Source: Azolla caroliniana
Taxonomy: Eukaryota > Plantae > Polypodiophyta
Direction of reading: 5' to 3'
NCBI GenBank assembly: GCA_043228905.1
Contig: JBHGNT010000009.1
Location: forward strand, 9,362,001-9,426,000
DNA length: 64,000 nucleotides
Shown: positions 14,413 through 26,993 of the stretch, piece by piece
Position numbering within the stretch: the stretch's first letter is position 1
How the letters are laid out: every line of letters starts with the position of its first letter
Translations under genes and position numbers: made by a program
The notes under the pieces: model-generated
Database searches by the model: none
Told to the model about the DNA's origin: nothing
The model's input: the letters and a program-made list of their open reading frames with translations, nothing else

Positions 14413-14877
14413 TGTTACGGGCATGACCATATAATATCCCGTGGTGAGAATTGTCGTAGTATTCTATACACGTGGATAAGTGTGAGGGTTAAACAAAGAG
14501 TCTAAAGAAGGGGAGGATTACTTTTAATCCTCGGGATTGAGACAACCCATGAGGCCAAGTGTGAACATGGCTAGGGGCCTTGAGAATTACTATAAATAAG
14601 AGGCCTAGCTACCCTCATTGGGGCATGCATTGACTACGTCGAGACTCTGTCCGTGAGTGGAACGACTCTTGTAGCAAGCGCGCTATCATCCAGGTACGAC
14701 TCGACGCTAAGGCGGTGGTATGGGACGCCGATCGAGGCTCGAGTCCGTCTCGATCCCTTCGCTCGGGGGTGGTCGGGTGGATCGGCACCCTTCTTTCTCT
14801 CTTTTCTCTCTATTCTTTCTAGATCTATCATTGATATATCCTTATTTTATGCTTACTTTAGTACCTAATCTCTAATA
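14413..14877 (+). repeat. G1 5' LTR
   Basis: TGTTACGGG...CTCTAATA; TATAAATA at 14591. Confidence 0.95.
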
Positions 14878-14879
14878 TT

Positions 14880-14891
14880 TGGTATCAGAGC
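14880..14891 (+). promoter_or_regulatory. PBS (tRNA-iMet)
   Basis: TGGTATCAGAGC. Confidence 0.95.
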
Positions 14892-15129
14892 CTATGTACT
14901 AACGTTTCTTTTGGTTTTCTTTTTGTCTTCGCGTGGGATGGCGATTGATCGTTGTGCGGTCGCCTTCATGCAGACAAGGATTAGCGAAAGAACTTCGGTA
15001 AATTTTCCTTAATTTTTTATCTAATTTTTCTTCTCCCTTCTATACATGTGTATACTTAATATGTAGTTTTTTTTTCATATATTCAATGATGTTGACGTGG
15101 TATTTAATTGGTTATCTTAAACGTTTACA

Positions 15130-15390
15130 TATGTCCACGAGGTCAATACCTCGTTTGACATATAAATCATATGTGATGAGTGTCGTATGCGTACGAGGTT
15201 ACTACCTCAATTGCGTATTACGTTCACGAACATATGTTACGTTCGCGTACGAGGTCAATACCTCGCTTCGTTCGAAATGATATGCGTTGGATTTACTATG
15301 CGTAAGAGGTCAATACCTCAATTGCGAATTACGCTTAACCTTATTTTCGGATGTTTCGTGTGCGTAGAGGAATATGCCTCGATTACGTAT
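15130..15390 (+). repeat. Five GAGG-N6-CCTC mini-hairpin repeats at about 56-bp period in the G1 5' UTR
   Basis: Cores start at about 15138, 15194, 15250, 15305 and 15366. Confidence 0.75.
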
Positions 15391-16487
15391 CCCGAATACA
15401 TCATTGTTGGCTATATAAAAAAAACGATTCATTTAGTATACGCATATGTGGTCACTTATATACGTCTCTGATCGTATATATGTGATATATTGACATATGT
15501 GTATATTTTAGATTACGTGATTCATATCAAATGTTTTCCTAATTGGGGAGAGGATTTTGGTGGCCGTCCTCACATTTTTGTGAGAATGGCGTTGTCACCA
15601 TCCCTTTTATCAACAATTTTTATTGTTGAAATTCCCGTTGGTCACTTTGATATTTCGTTACGTAACGAACCTCGTATAGCCAAAATGATGTTGAATACGT
15701 CCGGCTTGATCCACATCAAGTAGGGTCGCTCTAATGACACACGTATCCAACATCTCCCCTCGTTACATGGATACGATGCCACCATGAGCTCGTTCTTACG
15801 AGTGGCATTCGTAATGACGTGACCATGTGATGGGCCACATGAGCCTACGAAGACACAAGGGCTCATTCGGCTTGACCATTAGGTTACACTTTGGCATATG
15901 CCATCGTAATTACGAGGCTTGAGGTTAGGTAGCGTACAACCATAGTGGGTAATAAATGAGGGAGAAATAAGGCCACTTGACCTATATGTTTCTTTTAAAC
16001 AAAAACATATAGGGGCAAATGCCTCGCATATCTCGAATACGCCTCAAACATTAAACATTCAAGACGCGCAATCTACTTGGTTGGCTCAAGTGTTTAATGT
16101 ATTTGTCCTCGAGGTCTCGAGTTCAAATATGACCAAGACCATATAACATCGTTGATACATATGACTATAATACATGTTTAGACTTTAGGTCTAAGTGCAC
16201 TTCGGGGTCCTCGTAATAGGACTTAAAGAGCCGAAACCACATACGTGGGCACAGAAACATAGTTTATTGTTAACATTTTTTTCGTGTATAAACTATTCAT
16301 GACGCGAACATACATGGTTGAGCCTCGGGGAGCCGCCATGAAAAAAATCGATATAGAGATCAGGGAAAGGCATTCATTTGTCACCCCCATGGTTTTTAAA
16401 ACACCTCTGTGTTACCATAGTAACCTGATCTTGAACCTCATCTCATACGTCTAGAGGGGTATTGACGTGAGATCATGATATCGATTA

Positions 16488-19400
16488 ATGTTTGCCCATG
16501 ATATGTTTACACCACGACAAGATGTTATGACTATTTGTCTGACCTTATCTTATTTCTTTGCCAGAAATAATCATTCAATGGCTCAGAATAACGACCCGAT
16601 GCCCTCCGCTCAAGCGGAAAGAACTCAAGGAAATCCTCCTGGGACAATGTCCATTGAGGCGTATATTTTACAAGTACAACATTTCCTTAGTTCAACCGCG
16701 CAGCAGTTGACCGAATTTCGGCAATCTCAAAGTGCTCTCGGGGCACGAGTCATTAGTCTCCAAAATGAGATTAATAGACCTGATGAGCGTCAGGGTGAAC
16801 CATCATTTGTCGTAAAGCCATTTACGGGAGATAAAAAGGAAAGAACCGAAGAAGCAATCTGCACGTGGCTGGGCCGATGGGAGTCTCATTTTGAGCTCTA
16901 TCCCACGCCAGATAGTACGAAGATTGCATATGTCGGCCGAGAACTAGGGGGTAAGGCCGCTGCTTGGTGGCGTGGGCTCCGAACTTTGGGGAGATTGCCC
17001 GAGACCTGGACAGACTTTGTCACAGTTTTCAAGGGTCAATTTCTACAACCTCCCTCTCGAACCGAGGCAGCACAAGCTTTAATGAACCTCTCTAGCAGGA
17101 AGTTTTCCTCGCTAGAAGATTATGTCCACCATGCTAGAACCCAAATCCAAAAATCGGGTCTAGAAGGGGACAATTGGTTAATAGCTTGTTTTGTCAATGG
17201 CATCCCCAATTCGGACTATCACTGGATAGTGCACGATAAGGATCCAAAATCCTTCGAAGAGGCCGTTGAGATAGTTCTTCGCTATCAACGCACTTCGAAG
17301 AAGGACCATAACAAACCCAACGAAGCGCCCGGGACTAAGCAGTCGCAATTCGTTGGGAAACGCAAGACACCCAACGAATTCATGGATCGCGATTATAAGC
17401 GACAACATCCTTTTTGCGTATTCTGCAAAAAGAAGGGTCATACAAAAGAGCAATGTCGTAAGCTCCAACGAAAAGAGCACGACGCCAAACCTAAAGCTAC
17501 AGACCATAAAGGTCAGATTCCTAATGTCCTTCAAGTCTATACACATCATTTGAGTAATTGTCAATGTTCTTTCCCTCATTATGTATTGGGTCCCAATGAT
17601 TTACTACGTGCAAACGGGTATATCAATGGATCTCCCGTACAATTTTTATTTGATTCGGGAAGCTCACACAATTTTGTGAATGATCGTTTGGTACAGATAT
17701 GGGGAATCCAACCCACCGTAAGTGATCACACCTACACGGTGCACTTGGCTGATGGAAGAGTACAACACATCAACGGGGCGATTCATTCTTTAGGAATTTC
17801 TATTGATACCTATATAGAGGAAGTAGACTTCCATGTAATGAATCTTAGTACCACCGATGTAATACTGGGTTATCCCTGGTTTTATAATAAAAGCTCTTCT
17901 TTATTTATTGATTGGGTTCGCCATTCCATTTCTTTTGTACTCAACGATTGTACGCATTTTATTCAATGTGTAACAAAACAATCCCTCTCGATTGTTTCCT
18001 CGTGTCCATCAATATCCGAGTTGTCTTGTTCTACGTTATTTTATTGTGTACTTGATCCGGACATTCACGTTTACAATATCGATAATGTCTCGGGTCAATT
18101 AACATATTTTGAACAAAAACAACTTGATGAAATCGTAAACGATTTTCGTGATGTTTTTCCGAGTGAACTACCCGATGGTTTACCTCCTAAACGTAATATA
18201 GACCATCGTATAGATATTGTACCTGGCGTTGCACCCATTAGTATACCTCCGTATCGCCTAAGTCGATCTGAAGAGGATGAGGTAGCTAAGCAACTTAAGG
18301 ACTATTTACGAATGGGTTATATACGTTATAGTAAATCTCCATGGGGTGCACCAGTTCTTTTGGTTAAAAAGAAAGAGGGCACATGGCGTATGTGTATTAA
18401 TTACCGACGCTTGAATAAAGTGACGATCAAGAATTCGTACCCATTGCCCCGGGCTGACGATCTAATTGACCGTCTCCAGGGAGCTCGGTATTTTACGAAA
18501 CTTGATCTCCGTACTGGCTACCATCAAATACGAATAAGTGAGGACGATGTTCCTAAAACAGCATTTCGTACGCGCTACGGCCATTATGAGTTTTTGGTTA
18601 TGCCTTTTGGTTTGACCAATGCTCCGGCTACATTTCAACAAGAAATGAATGACATTTTCCGAGAACAACTTGGAAAATTTGTCGTTATCTTCTTAGATGA
18701 TATTTTAGTTTATAGCCGTACATTACAAGAACATGCTAGACATGTCCGCTTTGTTTTACAAATATTGCGTGACAAACAATTTTACGCGAAGATCTCAAAA
18801 TGTGAGTTCTTCAAGAAATCAATTACTTATCTTGGACATCTCATAACCGAACGAGGAGTTGAAATTGATCCTTCTCGCATCGAGAAAATCAAGCTTTGGC
18901 CCACTCTTCGGAATATTCGAGAAGTTCGATCATTCCTTGGTTTTGTCGGATTTTTGCGAAAATCTCTTCGTAATTACTCACAATTGACGACGCCGTTTAC
19001 TGATCTTCTAAAAGGTCAAACGCGTAAGTCTACAAAACCTATTGTGTGGAATGCTACACTAGACCTCTCCTTTAAGGAACTCAAGGACTTGGTATGCAAG
19101 GCTCCTTCACTTCTTTTACCCGATCCTTCAAAACCTTTTGAGGTTGAAACCGACGCAAGCGATTATGCTATAGGTGCTGTCTTGTATCAAGATGGTAAAC
19201 CAATAGCATTCGAGAGTAAGAAACTTGATTCTGCTCAATGTCGGTATACCGTTCAAGAAAAGGAATTATTTGCGGTTATACATGCGCTCAAAACATGGCG
19301 CCATTATCTTTATGGAAATCGCTTTGTGGTAACTACGGACCACGAGTCCTTGAAATATTTTTGTGACCAACAAGACCTGAAAGGTCGTAAGGCACGATGG

Positions 19401-21005
19401 GCTGATCTCATCCAGGACTTTGATTTTTCCATACGATATCGTAAAGGTTCCATGAATACTGTCGCTGATGCACTAAGTCGCATCCGTGAAGTTAACATGC
19501 TTAGCTTCACTGAAATAACATCAGATCTTTATGATCACCTTCGAGGAAAGTATCCTGATGACAATTATTTTGCAAAATACTGGGCAAGAGTCGAGTCTGG
19601 AACAGACACCACCACACCCTCGAAGGAATACTTCCACATTGCTAACGGTCTGCTCTACCGTAATGGGAAGGTTTGTGTTCCAGATTTGCCTGAGGTCAAA
19701 AAGAGAATTCTTTTTGAATGCCATGATGCACCCTCAGCAGGGCACCCTGGAATACATCGTACACTCGTTCTCATCTCCACTCAATTTTATTGGCCTAAGA
19801 TGCGTCCTGACATACATAGCTATGTGACTAAATGTCACCAATGTCAGGTTAACAAAGCCGAGCGACTTAAAGCCGCAGGACTTTTACATCCCTTGGACAT
19901 TCCCAATAATAAGTGGGAAAGTATATCCATGGATTTTATTGTTAGTCTTCCTCGCACCCAAAAAGGTCATGATGCCATATGGGTTGTGGTTGACAGACTA
20001 ACTAAAATGGCCAGATTTATTGCTACTAAAACCACGGTAACAGCTCCTGAATTGGCTTACCAATTCGTTGATGAGTTATTTCGTTTTTACGGGTTACCGA
20101 TGGATATCGTGAGTGACCGAGATCCAAAGTTTACTAGTGACTTCTGGACGCAAGTCTTTAAGAAGTTGAGCATGAGCATGAGCTCCACGGATCATCCTCA
20201 ATCCGATGGACAGACAGAACGAGTAAATCAAATTATTGAGGACATGCTTCGAGCATACGTTGGTGCAAAACCAACAAAATGGGAACGTTACCTCCCAATT
20301 TTGGAGTTTGCTTATAACAGCTCCAAGCATACGTCGACGGGATATAGTCCTTTTATGTTGATGTATGGATTTCAGCCACGAGCCCCGATTGATGTTAATA
20401 TACATCATGATGAGTTGCGAAGTACGCAAAACTTTCTTCGGGATATGCAAGATATGTTGCATATTGCACGGGATAATATAAAAACAGCTCAAGATAGAGC
20501 CCGTTTTTATGCCGATCATCACAGGCAACCTCGTGTATTCACCCCTGGACAGAAGGTATTTTTACGTGTACCTCACAATTCTAAGACATTGTCTACGGGT
20601 AAGTGCGCTAAGTTAGCCCCACGGTTTTGTGGACCTTTTACAGTCCTCAAACGCATTGGATCATCAGCCTATCGTCTCGCTCTTCCCGATGGTGTTGGAA
20701 TCCATCCAGTCTTTCATGTAAGTCGTCTAAAAGAACTTCTCGGTTCTGGCGACAATACAGTTACAACTGAAACTCTGGTTACTTCTGAAGATTTATCTTC
20801 TAAACCACATGTACCAGAAAGAATTCTCGATGTTAAAACAAAAAAATTACGTACTAAGGAAATCCGAGAATTTAAAATAAAATGGATGGATAAATCAATC
20901 AAAGATGCCACATGGGAACGCGAAACGACTCTAACAACTAACTTCCCTAACTTTCCATTGCAAGAGTGCAATGTTTTAAAGAGGGGGAGTATGTTACGGG
21001 CATGA
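16488..21005 (+). CDS. gag-pol: G1 Gag-Pol polyprotein (gag, zinc knuckle, protease, RT, RNase H, integrase, chromodomain); likely start Met at 16578
   Basis: 1505-aa uninterrupted ORF: [53 protein letters not shown], and a PERIL...IKWMD...DATWE chromodomain. The ORF runs into the 3' LTR. Confidence 0.95.
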   Translation: MFAHDMFTPRQDVMTICLTLSYFFARNNHSMAQNNDPMPSAQAERTQGNPPGTMSIEAYILQVQHFLSSTAQQLTEFRQSQSALGARVISLQNEINRPDERQGEPSFVVKPFTGDKKERTEEAICTWLGRWESHFELYPTPDSTKIAYVGRELGGKAAAWWRGLRTLGRLPETWTDFVTVFKGQFLQPPSRTEAAQALMNLSSRKFSSLEDYVHHARTQIQKSGLEGDNWLIACFVNGIPNSDYHWIVHDKDPKSFEEAVEIVLRYQRTSKKDHNKPNEAPGTKQSQFVGKRKTPNEFMDRDYKRQHPFCVFCKKKGHTKEQCRKLQRKEHDAKPKATDHKGQIPNVLQVYTHHLSNCQCSFPHYVLGPNDLLRANGYINGSPVQFLFDSGSSHNFVNDRLVQIWGIQPTVSDHTYTVHLADGRVQHINGAIHSLGISIDTYIEEVDFHVMNLSTTDVILGYPWFYNKSSSLFIDWVRHSISFVLNDCTHFIQCVTKQSLSIVSSCPSISELSCSTLFYCVLDPDIHVYNIDNVSGQLTYFEQKQLDEIVNDFRDVFPSELPDGLPPKRNIDHRIDIVPGVAPISIPPYRLSRSEEDEVAKQLKDYLRMGYIRYSKSPWGAPVLLVKKKEGTWRMCINYRRLNKVTIKNSYPLPRADDLIDRLQGARYFTKLDLRTGYHQIRISEDDVPKTAFRTRYGHYEFLVMPFGLTNAPATFQQEMNDIFREQLGKFVVIFLDDILVYSRTLQEHARHVRFVLQILRDKQFYAKISKCEFFKKSITYLGHLITERGVEIDPSRIEKIKLWPTLRNIREVRSFLGFVGFLRKSLRNYSQLTTPFTDLLKGQTRKSTKPIVWNATLDLSFKELKDLVCKAPSLLLPDPSKPFEVETDASDYAIGAVLYQDGKPIAFESKKLDSAQCRYTVQEKELFAVIHALKTWRHYLYGNRFVVTTDHESLKYFCDQQDLKGRKARWADLIQDFDFSIRYRKGSMNTVADALSRIREVNMLSFTEITSDLYDHLRGKYPDDNYFAKYWARVESGTDTTTPSKEYFHIANGLLYRNGKVCVPDLPEVKKRILFECHDAPSAGHPGIHRTLVLISTQFYWPKMRPDIHSYVTKCHQCQVNKAERLKAAGLLHPLDIPNNKWESISMDFIVSLPRTQKGHDAIWVVVDRLTKMARFIATKTTVTAPELAYQFVDELFRFYGLPMDIVSDRDPKFTSDFWTQVFKKLSMSMSSTDHPQSDGQTERVNQIIEDMLRAYVGAKPTKWERYLPILEFAYNSSKHTSTGYSPFMLMYGFQPRAPIDVNIHHDELRSTQNFLRDMQDMLHIARDNIKTAQDRARFYADHHRQPRVFTPGQKVFLRVPHNSKTLSTGKCAKLAPRFCGPFTVLKRIGSSAYRLALPDGVGIHPVFHVSRLKELLGSGDNTVTTETLVTSEDLSSKPHVPERILDVKTKKLRTKEIREFKIKWMDKSIKDATWERETTLTTNFPNFPLQECNVLKRGSMLRA

Positions 21006-21456
21006 CCATATAATATCCCGTGGTGAGAATTGTCGTAGTATTCTATACACGTGGATAAGTGTGAGGGTTAAACAAAGAGTCTAAAGAAGGGGAGGATTAC
21101 TTTTAATCCTCGGGATTGAGACAACCCATGAGGCCAAGTGTGAACATGGCTGGGGGCCTTGAGAATTACTATAAATAAGAGGCCTAGCTACCCTCATTGG
21201 GGCATGCATTGACTACGTCGAGACTCTGTCCGTGAGTGGAACGACTCTTGTAGCAAGCGCGCTATCATCCAGGTACGACTCGACGCTAAGGCGGTGGTAT
21301 GGGACGCCGATCGAGGCTCGAGTCCGTCTCGATCCCTTCGCTCGGGGGTGGTCGGGTGGATCGGCACCCTTCTTTCTCTCTTTTCTCTCTATTCTTTCTA
21401 GATCTATCATTGATATATCCTTATTTTATGCTTACTTTAGTACCTAATCTCTAATA
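20992..21456 (+). repeat. G1 3' LTR
   Basis: Direct repeat of 14413-14877, followed by TSD CCGGT. Confidence 0.95.
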
Positions 21457-21461
21457 CCGGT

Positions 21462-22950
21462 TCTGGATGTATACCGCGGTCCTTACCGCCTCGGCCCAAT
21501 AGAACTTGGACAAGCTCTTCTCCTCCAGCATTGCCCGTGCCGCTTCCACAACTGATCGATTCTTTCTCTCGGCCACGCCGTTCTGCTCGGGCGTGTATCT
21601 ACAACTGAATTCGCGGCGAATTCCCATTTGTTGTAGGTAATTGTTGAATTGACCGGAAAAGTACTCTTTCCCGCCATCCAACCGCAGACACTTGATCTTC
21701 CGTCCCGTTTCCGTTTCCACGAACCCTTTGAGGTCCCGGAAATAGTCGAAGACCTCGCTCTTCCTCTCAATGAGGTAGATCCACGTGTGCCGCGTGTGGT
21801 CGTCGATGAAGGAGACGAAGTATCGGCTCCCGCCAAGACTAACGTTTTGTGCCGGCCCCCATACATCGGAGTGTATAAGGTCGAGCTTGTTCCGGCTCCG
21901 GTTTCGCTCGTTGGGGAAAGGAAGTCGGTGTTGCTTCCCGAGCTGGCAGGCTTCACAAATTTGTGCCTTTCGGCCACTAAATTTGGGCAATCCGAACACT
22001 ACCTGTTTCGATTACAGATCTTGAAGCCGCTGGTGGTTGACGTGGCCTATTCGCTTGTGCCATAAGTCGATGTCCGACTCGGATTTTTGTCTCTTCGCGA
22101 ACATTGCGGTGCCGCCGTCAGTGGAGTCGAGGATGAACATCCTCCCGTCTCTGCGCCCTTGCGCAATCACACGGCCTTCTTCCTCAATGAAGCACCCGAG
22201 GTGTGTAAACCGAACCTCCATCCCTTGGTCGACGATCTGTCCGACCGAGACCAAGTTTTTCGTGATTGTCGGAACGTGCAACACGCTCATGAGTTTCCCT
22301 TTCTGCCCGACATGGCTAAGGGGAACTTCTCCGACATTTGCGATCGGATGCAGAGTGTCGTCGCCTGTTGCGACTACTCCAGGTTGTATCGGTTTTTCAA
22401 GGTATGAGAACCACTCCTTATGGCTCGTCATGTGGTTTGACGCGCCGGAGTCTACGTACCACACCTCGTCCGATCTCGGGGTGCTCTGTTTCATTGAGTT
22501 TGCTTCGTGTCTCGACACGAAGGCAGACCCTTCTCCGGCTCTCCCAGAGTCTTCGGCGTAGTGCGATCGCTGCCGATTTCCCTTGTCGGTATGTCTGGAG
22601 CCGTTTCTCTCCGAATCGACGCGCTTCTTCCAGCACTCACTTTCCTTGTGGCCTTTCTTGCCACAGTACCAGCACTCCACGATGGCCTTCCCTTGCCGGT
22701 TCTCATCGCTTCGACTCCCCCTGTTTCCGGAGGGTCCAGAGTTGTTGTCGGCATCACTTCGGTGCCTTTTTCCTTGATCTCGTCGGCCGCCTCCATTGCA
22801 CGGACTCGCCTCGTCCTCCACGTCCATGAGGCCTATCTCCCTCCGTGTACAACATTCTACTGTCGGTGTGCGTGCTTGTAGATGCACCCGCGTGGTTCTC
22901 CTCTACCAGGAGCATCGACTGTAAGTCGAAAAAGGACGGCGTATTCTCCC
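21462..22950 (-). pseudogene. gag-pol: Copia B gag C-terminus, protease and integrase core
   Basis: CWYCGKKGHKESEC, WYVDSGAS, WHKRIGH, IHSDVWGP, AERKNR. Confidence 0.9.
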
Positions 22951-22959
22951 AGGTTCACA

Positions 22960-23278
22960 CAGGTTTAATGGAGAGCTTGAGCTTGCACAATATATGCGAG
23001 AGAGACCGAGAGAGATGGAGAGAAGACACCAAGGGAACAACATATATTGAAAGACAAAAAACTATACATATATGTGTTCAATGAACACTTTGTACAAGCC
23101 CTAGAAGGACTGATTGGAGTACTGACAGTACTTCAATGCTCATTAAGAGCTCCTACAATAACTCCCAAATATATTCCTCACGGAATATCTTTCCTAACGG
23201 CCTAACCGATCGGTCCCAGCCGATCCGGTCGTCGGCTTCTTCAGCCGATCCGGCCGATGTTGAGCTTGTCTCTCAACA
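22960..23278 (-). repeat. Copia B 5' LTR, truncated on the U5 side
   Basis: Similarity to 11343-11661 stops at about 22960 and abuts mid-gag sequence; no PBS. Confidence 0.9.
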
Positions 23279-23283
23279 ATCCT

Positions 23284-24779
23284 CATTGGATGAGTGCTAT
23301 GCAATCAGAAATGGATTCCATTCATAAGAATGGTACTTGGGAGTTATGTGAATTGCCAAAAGGAAAGAATGTGATTGGTACTAAGTGGGTTTACAAGATT
23401 AAACGAAAGTCCGATGGTAGTATTGATCGCTACAAAGCTACATTGGTTGTCAAAGGATATGCACAACAATATGGCATTGATTATGAGGAAACTTTTGCAC
23501 CTACTTCACACATGATTACCATTCTTCCGTGGTCTCATTGGCTGCCCAAAGAGGTTGGAAAATGCATCAATTGGACATAAAAACAACTTTATTAAATGGT
23601 GATTTGCAAGAAGAGGTTTATGTGAAGCAACCTCCTGGATTTGCTACGAAAGAGAAAGAGCATATGGTTTGTCGCTTGCATAAGGCCTTGTATGGTCTCA
23701 AGCAAGATCCACGTGCATGGTATGAAAAAATCCATAAGCACTTGATTGCTCTTGGATTCACATGTAGTCCGATTGAAAGCACACTTTATGTATGCAAAGA
23801 TGGGGCTGATCTTCTAGTGCTCGTTCTTTATGTTGATGACATACTCTTGATTGGGACATGTGAAGCAAAACTTGATTTTCTTATGGCTGATTTGCAGCAT
23901 ACTTTTGAAGTCACTTATCTTGGTCTTTTGAGCTACTATCTTGGCATCTAGTTTGTATCCGTTGAGGGGGGAATGGTTATGCATCAAGGAAAGTATGTTG
24001 AAAAACTACTTCAGCATTTTGACTTTGAGGATTGCAAGCCAATTTCTACACCTGTGGAGACAGGATTTAGGTTCTCTGTTGAGGATTCTAGTGATGCATT
24101 TGATACTTCTCTTTATCAACAAGCTGTGGGATGTCTTATATATGCATGCAATACAAAGCCGGATATACAGTATGCAGTCTCCCAGTTGAGTCGATTCATG
24201 CATAGCCTTGGCACTAAACATTGGCAAGCAGTGAAACGTGTGCTTAGATATCTTAGAGGCACTTTGAGCTTGGGTCTCTTTTATGGTAGAGATACTCAGC
24301 CATGCTTGCATGCTTTTACAGATAGTGATTGGGTTGGTTGTTACGATACTCACGTGTCCACTAGTGGTAATTGCTTTTTCCTTGGAAACTCATGTATATC
24401 TTGGTTGAGTAAAAAGCAACCTACAGTGGCGACATCAAGTTGTGAAGTTGAGTACAAGGCAGTTTTCACAGCTACAGTGGAGTGTATATGGCTAAGACGC
24501 CTTTTGATGGATCTTTGCATGGAGATTGATGTTGCTACACGTATTCTCACAGATAGTCAGAGTGCATTGGCTGTTGCACGGAATCCCGTATTTCATGCAT
24601 AGACCAAACATATTGAGGTGCATTATCACTATGTGAGAGAGCACCTTCATGCAGGAGATATTGATTTGGTATATGTGCCTACACAAGATAATGTGGCAAA
24701 CATATTCACCAAAGCTCTTCCACAAGAAAAGTTTGAAGCTTTTCGCAAAGCTTTAGGCTTATTGCCTTGTGGGGGCTGA
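23284..24779 (+). pseudogene. pol: Copia A RT-RNase H (frameshift about 23525, stops at 23949 and 24600)
   Basis: KWVYKIK, HQLDIK, ALYGLKQ, LYVDD, FTDSDW, SSCEVEY, TKHIEVHYH. Confidence 0.92.
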
Positions 24780-24825
24780 TCTGTCACTCCTTGTACATGT
24801 TCACATCATTTGCTCTAGGGGGGTT

Positions 24826-25130
24826 TGTTACACTTACGTGTTCCTCGAGTAGCTTTGATGTGAACCATTTTTCCATATACATGGGTGGGCACTTTTTACT
24901 CTAGTGCTGGCTAGAGGTTTTTTCCCCATGTTACCACATACATGAGTCACTCATATGTGGTGGTACTTAGTACTTAGGGATATATATATTTCAGATCCTA
25001 TTAGTTTTTGTATCATTCATCAATAGAGAGAGCTATTCCAGCCATTGTCTTCCTTGTGTGAGTGTTTCTTTGTTTGAGCTTCTTGTGTGTGCCTCTTGTG
25101 TGTTTCTCACTCTTCCTCACATACCCAACA
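24826..25130 (+). repeat. Copia A 3' LTR
   Basis: Follows PPT AGGGGGG and is followed by TSD ATTTT. Confidence 0.95.
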
Positions 25131-25598
25131 ATTTTCAGCTAAGGCAAGCAAGAGAGAATTGAGTCTTCATTGAAGACAAGATTGCTGATCCAGATTAGTT
25201 TCCAATCTTCTTGATCCCATAGCCTGTATCCAAAATCCCCATTAGTTCTGTACCCAAGAAATATGCACTTGAGTAAATGGGGCACCAACTTGTTCCTTAT
25301 TTCCCTCAAAATAATGGCAAAGGTTTCACATCCAAATGTACGAAGCTGATCATAGATCGGCTACCTGCATGACCATAGTGCTTGTGGCACTTGGAGCCGT
25401 ATTGCTTGTGACGGAGACAGATTGATCAAGTATACTACCATTTGAAGTGCATCGACTAGAACTCCAACTTTAGTTTGGCTTGCTAGAGCATTGTCGTCAC
25501 CTTCTCTTGAATGGTCCGGTTCATCCATTTCACTATGCCATTTTGCATTGGAGTGTAGGAAACTATTTTTTGATGTTGGATCCCCTTTTTGGATAGGT

Positions 25599-25623
25599 GG
25601 GTAAAAGCATACGAGTGGAAACA
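25599..25623 (+). repeat. Left TIR
   Basis: Inverted match to 46226-46250. Confidence 0.9.
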
Positions 25624-26538
25624 CTATTATAACTAATTAGCTACTAAAATGACCACAACTAATTAGCTATTTGTTTAGCTAGTTTTTTGTGGGAAAATCA
25701 TAAGAATGGTTTACGGAATTTTATGTTTTATTAGTTAAATACATGTCATTTAATTTATGAGAATACTCAAATATTTGAACTTTGGTTTCTAACGTAGTGG
25801 AACATGGGGAATAATGCCATCATCTAAGGTTGACTTGAATGTCATCAAATTCTTGATAATCCTGAGTTCGAGTTCGAAGTCCAAACAGATGGAGTACTCT
25901 GAGCATGAATGCAGACGAAGCCCCTGTAGCAGCACAAAAACTTTGAGATCGACATTGCACCTCAGAGCTACAACACACGAGCAAGTCGATCCTCGTCTAG
26001 GTATGTATCAGTTACATATTAAAAACACTTTTTTTTTCCTTTCTAATAACTATCTGTAACTTTAGTGCCTGTTCATCTTTCCCAAAAATCGAATAGGGCG
26101 AAGTCGTTGGAGTCTCAAACAAGGATGTCTCGAAGATCAAGGTGTCGCAACAGGTGTGTTTCTGATTGACAGAATTTCGTAGTACGGTTGATTTCTGTCT
26201 TTAGTGATGATTAGGGTTTGTGTTTCCCTTAAGTGGTTTAGGGTTTCTGATTACAAATTTCAAATTATAAGTTTCTGGTTACAAATTTCTGATTACAAAT
26301 TTCTGATTACTGTCGCAATGTGTTGTAATTTTGCACCAATTCTCATGACAAATTCTGATTAGGGTTTCTGATTTTTTAAGTGGTTGATTTCTGATACATG
26401 TTGAAAAGGACGGATTACAAATTTTAGATTACTGTCTCAAAGTGTTGTAAATTTGCACCAAATTCACATTAAAAATTCTATTTTTGCACCAATTTTGATT
26501 ACTAATTTTCTATTTCAGGTGGCTCATTCCTCCCTATC

Positions 26539-26993
26539 TGTTATGGGCATGACCATATAATATCCTGTGGTGAGAATTTACCATAGTATTCTATACACGT
26601 GGATAAGTGTGAGGGTTAAACGAGAGTGTAAAGAAGGGGAGGATTACTTTTAATCCTCGGGATTGAGACAACCCATTAGGCCAAGTGTGAACTTGCTTGA
26701 GGGCCTTGGGTATCGCTATAAATAAGAGGCCTAGCTACCCTCATTTGATCATCTTGTTGACTACGTCGAGACTTTGTCTTGTGGTGGGTCAACTCTTGTA
26801 GAGAGCGCGCCAACACCAGGTACGACTTGATGCCACGGTAGTGGTATGGGACGCCGATTGAGGCTTGAGTCCGTCTCGATCCCTTCGCTCGGGGGTGGTC
26901 GGGTGGATTGACGCCCTTCTTTCTCTCTCTCCTTTCTATCTAGATCTATCTTTTATCCTTATTTTATGCTTACATTAGTTCATGTCTCTAATA
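26539..26993 (+). mobile_element. Solo LTR of the G1 family (TG..TA), in a cargo-gene exon
   Basis: Clearly similar to 14413-14877; TSD CTATC. Removal restores WLIPPYPRVLNF. Confidence 0.93.

Larger units (their letters stand above)
14413..21456 (+). mobile_element. Intact young Ty3/Gypsy chromovirus (G1) with TG..TA LTRs, inserted in Copia B integrase
   Basis: 465-bp LTRs (14413-14877, 20992-21456) with one visible mismatch, TSD CCGGT, iMet PBS at 14880-14891, PPT at 20978-20989, and a single gag-pol ORF. Confidence 0.97.
11288..23278 (-). mobile_element. Ty1/Copia element (Copia B) inserted in Copia A; U5 of 5' LTR, PBS and gag N-terminus deleted
   Basis: TSD ATCCT (11283-11287/23279-23283). 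Removal restores host DACDDPHWMSAM. LTRs at 11288-11661 and about 22960-23278; PPT next to 11662. Confidence 0.95.
7905..25130 (+). mobile_element. Full-length Ty1/Copia LTR retrotransposon (Copia A), about 5.2 kb net, interrupted by Copia B
   Basis: Two TG..CA LTRs of about 300 bp, TSD ATTTT (7900-7904/25131-25135), PBS TGGTACCAGAGCC, PPT at 24817-24823, and gag-PR-IN-RT-RH order. Confidence 0.95.

Noticed and set aside
15130-15390. CRISPR-like repeat-spacer appearance
   Set aside because: Repeats are short and degenerate, linkers are partly related, there are no cas genes, and the context is a eukaryotic retrotransposon UTR.
25889-26000. Upstream ATG exon as coding start of the cargo gene
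   Set aside because: Its splice phase leads to a stop in exon 3. The frame from ATG 26125 fits, so it is treated as UTR.
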